Assembly (NCBI GenBank): GCA_041661685.1 | Contig: JBAZTY010000003.1 | Coordinates: 69,550-133,549, forward strand | DNA from: Patescibacteria group bacterium | GTDB lineage: Bacteria; Patescibacteriota; Patescibacteriia; Patescibacteriales; UBA12465 | Direction: 5' to 3' | Length of the DNA: 64,000 nt | Part shown: piece by piece, positions 17,376 to 26,312 of the stretch | Layout of the letters: each line of letters begins with the position of its first letter | Position numbering within the stretch: position 1 is the stretch's first letter | Notes under the pieces: model-generated | The model's input: the letters and a program-made list of their open reading frames with translations, nothing else | Database searches by the model: none | Told to the model about the DNA's origin: nothing | Program-made: the position numbers and the translations under genes

Positions 17376-17786
17376 CTAAACTCGGCAAAAACTCGACTTA
17401 TACTTTTCCGGATGATGAGCCTTTAGCCTTTTTATCTTACAGAAAAAGCGAAATCCGGCGATTTCGCTTTTTAATTGCGGCAAATCAACTTGCTGATCAT
17501 AGCCTAAGCAGATTATCTCCGGACGATATTTTTTCAGGATAAGCCAGCGGTTCTTAAGATTTCCTAAAACAGCCCTCCCTGTTATACCCAGCTCTTTAAG
17601 GGCGCGTCTAACCTTACGCTGGCGAGTCTTCTCGTCATCTTGCGGCGCACGTTTCTTAATCGCCAAGACATTCTTGTCGCGAGCAATTATGACTATCAGC
17701 TCATCGCCAAAAAGGCGGGCCTGTTTGAAATAATCCAAGTGCCCCGGATGGAGATTATCGAATGTTCCGAAAGTCATGACGCGCAT
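17376..17786 (-). CDS. Cytidylyltransferase-family nucleotidyltransferase (TagD/RibL-like, HxGH motif)
   Basis: 136 aa. TFGTFDNLHPGHLDYFKQARLFGDELIVIIARD matches the (H/T)xGH nucleotidyltransferase fold. Ends 13 nt upstream of paralog C. Confidence 0.6.
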   Translation of the reverse strand: MRVMTFGTFDNLHPGHLDYFKQARLFGDELIVIIARDKNVLAIKKRAPQDDEKTRQRKVRRALKELGITGRAVLGNLKNRWLILKKYRPEIICLGYDQQVDLPQLKSEIAGFRFFCKIKRLKAHHPEKYKSSFCRV

Positions 17787-17834
17787 AATAGAGACAAAAC
17801 ACCACTCTTCACAGAGCGGTGTTTTTATTGTTCT

Positions 17835-18986
17835 TTATTTTATCGCCTTTTTCAATGCTGCGACCTTATCAGTCTTTTCCCATCTGAATTCTGGGCGACC
17901 GAAATGGCCGTAAGCCGCGGTCTTCAAGAAGACCGGCTTTCTTAATTCTAAGTGATCAATAATCGCTTTCGGGCGGAAATCAAAGACCTTCTCGATAGCC
18001 TTCAAGATATCTTCTTCCGCATATTTATTCGTGCCAAAAGTGTCGATATAGATGCCGACCGGCTTAGCGACCCCAATCGCATAAGCGACCTGGACCTCGC
18101 ATTTATCGGCTAATCCAGCCGCAACGACGTTCTTAGCCGCATAGCGAGCCATATAAGCGCCGGAGCGGTCGACTTTGGACGAATCCTTGCCCGAGAAGCA
18201 GCCGCCGCCATGACGCGCGACGCCGCCATAGGTATCGACAATGATCTTGCGGCCAGTCAGACCGGTATCGGCCGCCGGACCGCCGAAAGTAAAGGCGCCA
18301 GTAGAATTGATATAGACTTTAGTCTTCTTGTCCATTAATTTGCCTAAAACCGGCTTAATGACTTTCGCTAAGATATCGGCACGGACCTTAGAAAGCTTAA
18401 CCTTCTCGCTATGGCAAGCGGCGATAACGACAGTTTCGACGCGCTTAGCAATGCCGTCATGATATTCGACGGTCACCTGGCTTTTTCCGTCCGGTCTTAA
18501 ATAAGGCAGGGTTTTATTCTTGCGGACTTCAGCTAATCTAAAAGTTAATTTATGAGCCAAGGTTATCGGCAAAGGCATGAGCTCCTTGGTCTCGTTAGTT
18601 GCGAAGCCATACATCAAACCTTGGTCACCAGCTCCCTGCTCCTTGAATTCGCCTGCGCCCTCATCGACGCCTTGCGCGATTTCCGCGCTCTGCGCGTGAA
18701 GAGATGACATGATACCGACGCTGTCGCAGTCGAAGCCGGATTCAGCGCCGTTATAGCCGATGCTCTTCAAAACCTTGCGGACAATATCGTCAACTTGAAT
18801 ATACTCTTTAGTTCTGACTTCTCCGCCAACAACAATCATGCCGTTAGTGGCGAATGATTCCACGGCCGCATGGCTGTGCGGGTCTCTCTTTAACATCTCG
18901 TCTAAGATGCCATCGGAAATCTGATCGCAGACCTTATCCGGATGTCCTTCGGTAACAGATTCCGAAGTGATTAATTTTATGTTCAT
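17835..18986 (-). CDS. metK: S-adenosylmethionine synthetase
   Basis: 383 aa. GHPDKVCDQISD and the typical MetK domain order. Confidence 0.9.
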   Translation of the reverse strand: MNIKLITSESVTEGHPDKVCDQISDGILDEMLKRDPHSHAAVESFATNGMIVVGGEVRTKEYIQVDDIVRKVLKSIGYNGAESGFDCDSVGIMSSLHAQSAEIAQGVDEGAGEFKEQGAGDQGLMYGFATNETKELMPLPITLAHKLTFRLAEVRKNKTLPYLRPDGKSQVTVEYHDGIAKRVETVVIAACHSEKVKLSKVRADILAKVIKPVLGKLMDKKTKVYINSTGAFTFGGPAADTGLTGRKIIVDTYGGVARHGGGCFSGKDSSKVDRSGAYMARYAAKNVVAAGLADKCEVQVAYAIGVAKPVGIYIDTFGTNKYAEEDILKAIEKVFDFRPKAIIDHLELRKPVFLKTAAYGHFGRPEFRWEKTDKVAALKKAIK

Positions 18987-19043
18987 ATTTTTTGTTCCGC
19001 TGTGGTAACGGAGATAATTAAGTTATGTCCTGCTATCAAACTT

Positions 19044-20300
19044 CTAGGTTCCTGATTCCCAAGAAGACAGATAAGCAGCTTGTTCCGCGGTTAGCTTATC
19101 GATCTTGATGCCTAATGACTTAAGTTTCATCATCGCCACCTTCTTTTCAATCTTCTCGGAAACGTTATGGACTCTGACTTCTAATTTTCCGGCGCTCTTA
19201 GCGACGTACTCAGCTGCTAAGGCCTGGGTGGAAAAGCTCATATCCATGACGCTAGACGGATGGCCTTCGGCGGCGGCCAGGTTAATAAGGCGGCCCTGAC
19301 CAAGCACATAGATGCGCCTCTTCCCTAAGATATACTCGTCTACATTATTATTGACGTTATAATTCACCTTGTTAGCTAGTTTCTTTAGAGCCGGAATATT
19401 TATTTCCACATCGAAATGGCCGGAATTGCAGACCATAGCGCCGTCTTTCATGACCTTGAAATGCTCCTTATCGATCACCTTGAGGTCGCCCGTAATAGTA
19501 CAGAAGACGTCTCCGACTTTAGCCGCTTCTTTCATCGTCATCACTCCGAATCCGTCCATAGCGGCTTCAAGGGCCTTAATTTCATCGACTTCGGTCACGA
19601 TGACCTGGGCGCCCATGCCCCGAGCGCGCATTGCGAAACCGCGGCCGCACCAGCCATAGCCAGCCACGACGAAAACCTTACCGGCAACCAATAAGCCAGT
19701 CGCGCGGATGATGCCGTCGAGAGTCGATTGCCCAGTGCCGTAGCGGTTATCGAACATGTTCTTGGTCTTAGCGTCATTAACGGCGATGACCGGCAATAAT
19801 AATTTCTTATCAGCGGACAAAGCGCGCAAGCGGATAACTCCGGTCGTCGTTTCTTCCATGCTGCCCAAGATATCCTTAACCTGATGCTTATATTTATTAT
19901 GCAGGAGGGAAATTAAGTCGGCGCCATCATCCATCGTGATATTCGGGCGATTCTGCAGAGCCTGATTCAAATGAGAATAATAAGTCTTAGTGTCTTCGCC
20001 ATGGATAGCTAAGACCTTGATGCCATGGTTCTTCACTAAAGCCGCGGCGATATCGTCTTGCGTCGATAGCGGATTAGAGGCTACTAAAGTAATATCCGCT
20101 CCGCCAGCTTGGAGAGCCAGCATTAAGTTAGCTGTTTCCGCGGTTACATGCATGCAAGCCGAAACCCGCTTGCCCTTGAATGGCTTAGTTTTCTTAAAAT
20201 CGGCCTTAATGATTTCTAAAACCGGCATATCGCGACTAGCCCAAGCCAAACGCTTTTCGCCAATGGCAGCTAAATTCATGTCTTTTACGTGGTGAGTCAT
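19044..20300 (-). CDS. ahcY: Adenosylhomocysteinase (SAH hydrolase)
   Basis: 418 aa. NAD-binding GYGWCGRG and AhcY-typical N- and C-terminal regions. Confidence 0.85.
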   Translation of the reverse strand: MTHHVKDMNLAAIGEKRLAWASRDMPVLEIIKADFKKTKPFKGKRVSACMHVTAETANLMLALQAGGADITLVASNPLSTQDDIAAALVKNHGIKVLAIHGEDTKTYYSHLNQALQNRPNITMDDGADLISLLHNKYKHQVKDILGSMEETTTGVIRLRALSADKKLLLPVIAVNDAKTKNMFDNRYGTGQSTLDGIIRATGLLVAGKVFVVAGYGWCGRGFAMRARGMGAQVIVTEVDEIKALEAAMDGFGVMTMKEAAKVGDVFCTITGDLKVIDKEHFKVMKDGAMVCNSGHFDVEINIPALKKLANKVNYNVNNNVDEYILGKRRIYVLGQGRLINLAAAEGHPSSVMDMSFSTQALAAEYVAKSAGKLEVRVHNVSEKIEKKVAMMKLKSLGIKIDKLTAEQAAYLSSWESGT

Positions 20301-20329
20301 ATTTATTTAAAATATTTTTAAGCTCTTAT

Positions 20330-21286
20330 TTATATCTTCAGACTTTCCTTATAATTCTCCTGATACCTTTTCTTAAGTTCCGCCAGACTGAATTGATGCG
20401 TCTGGGTGCCATATTTCTCAACCGTATAAACCGCCACTAGCCCAGCCAATTGACCGCAAGCCTTTAGATTATAGCCTTTTATCAGGCCTTTGATAAGACC
20501 GGCGCGATAGGCGTCGCCGGCGCCGGTCGGGTCCGAGGTATTCTTCGGTTTTGCCGGTTTAATCACTACCTTCTCCTGGCCTTGATATATTTCCGATCCC
20601 TTACCGCCCTTAGTTATTACTAATATCTCGACTAGTTTGACCAGCTGCGCCAAAGTTATCTTCATCTTATCGGCCATCAGTTTTATTTCATAATCATTGC
20701 CGATAAGCACCTTCGCACCCCTGACAGCTTTCTTAAGTTCCGCGGCCGAAAAAGCGATCAAAGCTTGACCCGGATCAAAGATATAGGGGACATGATGCTT
20801 CTGATAGGCGACCGCGTAGTCCAGCATCCGCTGTTTATCGTCAGGAGCGATAATAGCCAGATTAATCTCTTTAAAATTACAGGCGCGGCGAGCGTAATCT
20901 TTCGGGCGCGCTCCGGGATAAAAAGCGGCGATCTGATTATCGGCTTGATCGGTAATGATATAGGCTGTCGCTGTCCTATCGGTCGGAACAGTCCTGATTC
21001 GGCTAAGATCGGCGCCGCCCTTCTCTAGCCATTTGCGGTAGTCGCCAAAATCAAAACCGGCTACCCCTAGGATAATCGGTTTCTCTTGCAGCAGAGTTAA
21101 GTTATAAGCGATGTTTCCGGCCGTGCCGCCGAAGCTGCGGCGCAAGCCGCTGAGGAAGAAGCTTAAATTCAAGTTATGGATTTCTTTAGGCAGGATATGG
21201 TCTGAGAAACGTCCGGGAAAATCCATGATCTGGTCGTAAGCGAGCGATCCGGAAACAGCTATTTTTAATCTTTTATTTTTTAACAT
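20330..21286 (-). CDS. PfkB-family kinase. Adenosine kinase is the candidate, given adjacency to ahcY.
   Basis: 318 aa. GGTAGNIAYNL and C-terminal DPTGAGDAYRAG motifs of ribokinase/PfkB kinases. Confidence 0.65.
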   Translation of the reverse strand: MLKNKRLKIAVSGSLAYDQIMDFPGRFSDHILPKEIHNLNLSFFLSGLRRSFGGTAGNIAYNLTLLQEKPIILGVAGFDFGDYRKWLEKGGADLSRIRTVPTDRTATAYIITDQADNQIAAFYPGARPKDYARRACNFKEINLAIIAPDDKQRMLDYAVAYQKHHVPYIFDPGQALIAFSAAELKKAVRGAKVLIGNDYEIKLMADKMKITLAQLVKLVEILVITKGGKGSEIYQGQEKVVIKPAKPKNTSDPTGAGDAYRAGLIKGLIKGYNLKACGQLAGLVAVYTVEKYGTQTHQFSLAELKKRYQENYKESLKI

Positions 21287-22244
21287 CTACTTTCTGAGAT
21301 TTTTTAAGTTCTGATCTTTTGAAACGACTGATCTCCTGTGATATCGCCTTGTGTTCGAGACTGGATTCGGGATAATTTTTCAGGATATTCTCTAATTCAG
21401 TTAGCGTTGGGAATGGCCTAGTTTCTTGGGCGGGTTGAGACGTAGTTATAATAGGATGAGAAATACTAGGATTGAGATCAAATTGCTTATTAGCCAGTCC
21501 CGGTTCCAGAGTTCCAATATCAATATGCCTTATCTTATCAACACTAGCAATTTCTTCAATATTTCCATGATTAAAAATAATCGTTTTATCGTCTATATTC
21601 ATGACCACCGAATTATCATATCCCTCCGGAGTTTTAGAAGAAATTTTTAATTTTTCATAGATATCTAAAAGAATTTTTACTCTGTCCTTGTCCTTAGCAT
21701 CTAAAATCTTAATAAATTGGTTGTTGCTAAAATACTCAACCTTTTTAACCTTATCAAACTTATCTAGCCCTAAATTAGCAATAAAACTTTTTATCCATTC
21801 GTCCACTTTTCTGGGGATTTCTTGATTAACATATTTCTGCCGACTAATTAAAACGTTGTCGCATTTCTCTAGCGCTTCCCGCATTTTTGTTTTAAAGATA
21901 TCCCTCTCATTCAAATCGCTAATGGCGACAAGCTCCGTTTCTAATTTTCGCCAAAGATCAAATTGATCTATTTCCAAAGAAAGGGAAAAATAATTTTTTA
22001 ACAGATCAGCGCGTTCTTCGGTATCTTTTAAATAGTTAAAACCGATAAATTTAAACTTCATCAAGTAATTTTCGTACTGGGTGTATTCCGGACTATTCTT
22101 TAATATGCCCGACCGATCAAGCCAGTCTTTGACTAGATTATAGCTTTCAAAAGCATCCAAAAATTCGTTATTTGCCATAACGTAATCTATTTCCTGTTGT
22201 AGTAAATCGAGAGTTAATTTTGCCATATCTTTAAGAAACAACAC
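21273..22244 (-). CDS. Hypothetical protein
   Basis: 323 aa, acidic and helical, no recognisable motifs. Directly upstream of the VirB6-like gene. Confidence 0.4.
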   Translation of the reverse strand: MLFLKDMAKLTLDLLQQEIDYVMANNEFLDAFESYNLVKDWLDRSGILKNSPEYTQYENYLMKFKFIGFNYLKDTEERADLLKNYFSLSLEIDQFDLWRKLETELVAISDLNERDIFKTKMREALEKCDNVLISRQKYVNQEIPRKVDEWIKSFIANLGLDKFDKVKKVEYFSNNQFIKILDAKDKDRVKILLDIYEKLKISSKTPEGYDNSVVMNIDDKTIIFNHGNIEEIASVDKIRHIDIGTLEPGLANKQFDLNPSISHPIITTSQPAQETRPFPTLTELENILKNYPESSLEHKAISQEISRFKRSELKKSQKVDVKK

Positions 22245-24831
22245 CCCTTATAGCGCCCATAGGATTAGAAACATCATTCTTCTTACCTCCCTGGGCACAA
22301 ATCTTTCTAATAACTTTAGCTACTTCTACGGCGCCATTCTTTTCTAAGGCTTCGAGATTCTTTTCATTAGCGCCAATAAACCGAATAACATTAATATTAC
22401 CAGTCTTTTCTAAATCAGCAGCGTAAGCAGCGTCTTTTGAAGCGAACAGACTGATAGTAGAACGGCTGATATCCCAATGTTTAGAATCATGCGGTTCGCC
22501 ATTACGATAAGAACCGGCTCCTAAGCGATTAACAGACCTAACAAATTGCTGAACTTGAACTTTTGATTTTTCACTAAGAATAGCGGCTTCCTGTTCATCT
22601 TTGCCTGTTTCTTCCCATTTGCCAGCTTTATTCATGCTCATAGCGCCAAAAGCTTCAAAATGGTTAGAAGCCTTAGCCAGCTCCCCAACTTCAGCAATAA
22701 GCGCACGAGAATCCTGCTCGGTCATTCCGCCTGCTTTCTGTAAATGTTCAGACATTTTAATCATGCCATCATAGCCAGTGCCAATGCCTAAAGATCTGTG
22801 CAGATCATTATAATTCCCCGACTTAGCTAATTTCTTATAACAAGCCGCCATCAATCCTTCATCATGTTGCTCCTCCGCCTCTTTGAATATACCGACCAAT
22901 TGATCCGGATTAGAAAAATTGGCAATTTGTTTGCTTGCCTCGCCTTCCATTTTAGCGCTGATGGAGGCCCGCGCCGATTGCACCTCGGATAATTGATTTT
23001 TACGCAGAACATCGGCAAATTTAGCGATTTCTGCATCAGCGGCGTTAACCGCGCCAAGAGATTTATCTTTTTCTTTTTGATACTCCTCCAACTTAGCATC
23101 TTTAGCTATCTTATCAGAAACAACAATATTTTTACCGCTAAGAACATCTTTTTCTTCTAGGTTGCGGGCCATGGTATCATTAATCTTCTTAATGTCTGCT
23201 TTTTTCTTCACCAACTCTTTAGTTTCATCTTCGGTCAGGCTGCCCGCTTTTTCTTTACCGAGTAATTTTTTATAATCAGCGCTATCAACAATGGCCTTGC
23301 TATCTTCTTCCAATTTATAATTCTTTTTATTAATATCCTTAATCCTTTCTTTGTTATCTCTATCTTCTGCGGCCGTGACCACTTTACCAGATTCTAAATC
23401 AATTCTTCCTAACTCACCAGTAGCCGCCTTCTTCATATCTTCCTGGGCTTTAATCTTACCAAGATATTCTTTATTCTTGGCTGGCGAACCGGCATTGAAT
23501 TTCCTATCCATAATATTCTGCCAGGCGACGTCGCCGGTGCTTAAAAGAGCGGCTTTACGGCCAATCCATGTTTCACCCTCTTCCGCCTGCTTAAGAGTGC
23601 CTTTCCTAATTCTAGTTTGTCGTAACGCTCTATTATGTTCTACTTGTTCTCTTCTTCTTCTTTCTCCGGCCGCTAAATTCAAATCTACTCCTAATTTTTC
23701 ACTAGTCATATCTCTCAAGTCTCCGAGCTGTCTTCCGGTCCATTTACCTAGGCCCTTCCCGGCTCCAGTTATTTTCCCAGTCGCAAACGATGCCCCAGAA
23801 CTTATCTTGGACATCCCCTTCCCGGCCATGCTGCCGGCCGCGCCGCCGATCTCTTGAGATATCTTCAAGCCGCCGAGCAACATACCGATGGCGATGACGA
23901 ATTGGATAAGCGATGCCGGAGAAGACGCCTTAGTAGCTACCATAGCATTTGTACCCGAGGCGGTAGTATCTCCGATTGCCGACATTTCTGCCGCTACTTT
24001 CGTATTTACTGAGGTGTCTTGAGTGTAAGTCTGCAGAGCCGCAAAAGACAGCCAGATAAAAAAGGCTAAAACCGGACCGACAACGAGATTCTTAGTAAAC
24101 TCGCTCCACCACTGAGAAGCATATTTCTGTCCGCCCGGAAAAGCTGATAATAGATAAGCGGCCGGAGATAAGACGACATAAATCCAGATCATGACCAGGC
24201 GCATGACGAGCATCATCATCATGGTCACAATAACAACGACAGCGACCAGAAGATAAATAATTCCCAAGACATAAGCGCCAACAACCGTCCACAAGCTCAT
24301 GCTGCTATCATCTTTGGCCATGGTCACGATATTGCTCAGCCCTAGAATATCAGTCAGGTTAGCGCCGCCGACATCTTTAAAAGCGTTGACGAAAGTGAGC
24401 ATGACGACCTGCGCCGCGTCGATCATCAAACCGCAGATAGTCTTAGAAAAATTAATCAGCACGGCCATTAAAATCAATTTCGGCAGCCATTTCTTATAAC
24501 TATAGTTTTCTAAATGAAGAATTGTCCCGAAAGCGATGATGAGCAGAACGACCACAAAAAACATGTTACAAATATCGCGCACTATTACCCAGCCGAGCCT
24601 GACAGCGTCGGAGCCGATAAAATCCTGATATTGAGCAATAATAATCAGTCCTTTTATAACCAAAACTAAAATGACGCCGAGCGCCCAGATGAATACTCCG
24701 AGAATTCCACTAATGACGCTAACCGCCCAATCCGGGGCCGCCAGGACATTATGACCAAATAAAAAAATCCCGATTACGGCGATAAGCGGCAATATGGCAA
24801 ATAAAAATTTTTTATTGTTGATTGACTTCAT
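22231..24831 (-). CDS. Polytopic membrane protein, VirB6/TrbL-like (inference), with a C-terminal hydrophilic/coiled-coil extension of about 500 aa
   Basis: 866 aa. Signal-anchor, at least 6 predicted TM helices in the first 330 aa, a Gly/Ala/Ser-rich linker, then a long Lys/Glu-rich region. Confidence 0.4.
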   Translation of the reverse strand: MKSINNKKFLFAILPLIAVIGIFLFGHNVLAAPDWAVSVISGILGVFIWALGVILVLVIKGLIIIAQYQDFIGSDAVRLGWVIVRDICNMFFVVVLLIIAFGTILHLENYSYKKWLPKLILMAVLINFSKTICGLMIDAAQVVMLTFVNAFKDVGGANLTDILGLSNIVTMAKDDSSMSLWTVVGAYVLGIIYLLVAVVVIVTMMMMLVMRLVMIWIYVVLSPAAYLLSAFPGGQKYASQWWSEFTKNLVVGPVLAFFIWLSFAALQTYTQDTSVNTKVAAEMSAIGDTTASGTNAMVATKASSPASLIQFVIAIGMLLGGLKISQEIGGAAGSMAGKGMSKISSGASFATGKITGAGKGLGKWTGRQLGDLRDMTSEKLGVDLNLAAGERRRREQVEHNRALRQTRIRKGTLKQAEEGETWIGRKAALLSTGDVAWQNIMDRKFNAGSPAKNKEYLGKIKAQEDMKKAATGELGRIDLESGKVVTAAEDRDNKERIKDINKKNYKLEEDSKAIVDSADYKKLLGKEKAGSLTEDETKELVKKKADIKKINDTMARNLEEKDVLSGKNIVVSDKIAKDAKLEEYQKEKDKSLGAVNAADAEIAKFADVLRKNQLSEVQSARASISAKMEGEASKQIANFSNPDQLVGIFKEAEEQHDEGLMAACYKKLAKSGNYNDLHRSLGIGTGYDGMIKMSEHLQKAGGMTEQDSRALIAEVGELAKASNHFEAFGAMSMNKAGKWEETGKDEQEAAILSEKSKVQVQQFVRSVNRLGAGSYRNGEPHDSKHWDISRSTISLFASKDAAYAADLEKTGNINVIRFIGANEKNLEALEKNGAVEVAKVIRKICAQGGKKNDVSNPMGAIRGVVS

Positions 24832-24852
24832 GTTAATTGGCGCGAAGTTCTC

Positions 24853-25530
24853 TTATTGAAAAATACTCTTAAGCAAATCCCACAGCGCCTCTCCAATTAT
24901 TTTGACCGACGACACCGGATCAAATATAATGGCGCTGATTATGTAAATGACGCTAGCCACTGCTATCAGGAGAAACAAACATCCTAAATCGCAACCGATC
25001 AATCCCCATATTTCCATCGAAGGCTTAACCGGCGGTTTCGCGTCCGCGGCGGCCCCGGCAACTTTTCCGGCCACGCCTCCGATCGCTCCGGCAGCAGCGG
25101 CGCCGCCTCCCGGTATCATATCTTTCCATTCATCCCCTAAATTACAAAAGAATTTCTCGCCAAATATCTGATTCAGAAAAAAGGCATGAATATTTATCCA
25201 GATAAGGGTACACCCGAAACTAGTAATAAGATTAAGCCAGGACTGTTGTAATAATTTAGAGGCCCCTTGTTTCAGCGGCGAGGGACTAGACCCGCTTTCC
25301 CCGTCTGACCCGGGCGTTGCGCCGGCTTTCTTTTTCTCTGCTAGAACCGCCTCACGCAAAGACGTAGCGCCTTGGCCATCCGGACCGCCGGCCCTCTGTG
25401 CTTCTCTCAACCGGGAAGCTTTCTCGGACCAAGCAGATTCCCTAGCAGAATCATAAGCGCCCCAAGCGGTTTCCGCATTTCTTTCATCCGGTTCTTGTTG
25501 TTGCGCTAATAGCTGTTCATCAAGGCTCAT
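24853..25530 (-). CDS. Hypothetical membrane protein: Gly/Ala-rich, C-terminal TM
   Basis: 225 aa. Acidic N-terminus, GGAAAAGAIGGVAGKVAGAAADA low-complexity stretch, and a C-terminal hydrophobic helix. Confidence 0.35.
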   Translation of the reverse strand: MSLDEQLLAQQQEPDERNAETAWGAYDSARESAWSEKASRLREAQRAGGPDGQGATSLREAVLAEKKKAGATPGSDGESGSSPSPLKQGASKLLQQSWLNLITSFGCTLIWINIHAFFLNQIFGEKFFCNLGDEWKDMIPGGGAAAAGAIGGVAGKVAGAAADAKPPVKPSMEIWGLIGCDLGCLFLLIAVASVIYIISAIIFDPVSSVKIIGEALWDLLKSIFQ

Positions 25531-25671
25531 AGGCTCACTTTATGCTTTATCTTTACTTTGATTATATACTATTTACGACGTTTTTGACAGCCTATTTATG
25601 AGCTTATTTCCGATTCTATTTTTAAGGTTATCCCTTGCTATTATTTTACTATAAAATAGCCGTAAAGGCAA

Positions 25672-25709
25672 AGAAAAAAGGCTTATCAATTAAGACAAGC
25701 CTTTTAAAA
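25672..25709. terminator. Hairpin terminator downstream (minus sense) of the lipoprotein gene
   Basis: AAGGCTT(ATC...GAC)AAGCCTT inverted repeat with flanking A/T runs. Confidence 0.45.
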
Positions 25710-25755
25710 ATTCGACACGATTCCGAAAATCACGAGAAGAGTGTTTAGCGACGTA

Positions 25756-26202
25756 CTAAACTGGTACAAAAGTTACATCAAAGTGATAAGTGTAAGTTTT
25801 GTTTTTCTCTATGACTACAGGTACTGGAGCGGGAGAATACGTGGTTTCAAACGCGGGACTAGGCGTAGTGCCCATATACAAGCGATAGACTGTTACTAAA
25901 GAGCAAATAACTACTTCTTTCCCTATGATAGCTCGAGCTTCCTCCCCTTTTAAGACCTTCTTAACTCCTGGGGCAAATTGATACACTGGGGTATTCCAAG
26001 TTTCCGTCCAAACTCCGACAGCATTTTTTTCCATTACGTATTCGGATTTCCATTCGGTTAAGATATTAGTATACACAATGATAACCACGCTGTCTTCTTC
26101 GGGGGCAGCAGGAGGCTCATTAAAGGGGTCATTTTCCTTATTACAACTTACTAAGCTGGCCATGACTATCATGGTGATAGCTAAAAGAAACATTCTCTTC
26201 AT
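25756..26202 (-). CDS. Putative lipoprotein
   Basis: ORF 25756..26241; the likely start is the internal MKRMFLLAITMIVMASLVSC, a signal peptide with a lipobox-like LVSC. Confidence 0.5.
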   Translation of the reverse strand: MKRMFLLAITMIVMASLVSCNKENDPFNEPPAAPEEDSVVIIVYTNILTEWKSEYVMEKNAVGVWTETWNTPVYQFAPGVKKVLKGEEARAIIGKEVVICSLVTVYRLYMGTTPSPAFETTYSPAPVPVVIEKNKTYTYHFDVTFVPV

Positions 26203-26276
26203 GATTTCTATGGTTTTTATGTTAACGTACTTTATTTTCAAATTTTAACTATAAACATTATATAACATTATTAAAC

Positions 26277-26305
26277 TTTTGTCAAGTAGGTTATCAACAA
26301 CCCCA
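26277..26305 (-). promoter_or_regulatory. Consensus sigma70 promoter (TTGACA, 17 nt spacer, TATAAT) on the minus strand, upstream of the lipoprotein gene
   Basis: Reverse complement of 26300-26305 is TTGACA and of 26277-26282 is TATAAT, with a 17-nt spacer. Lies between the stop of the giant gene and the lipoprotein start. Confidence 0.5.
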
Positions 26306-26312
26306 ATTATAC

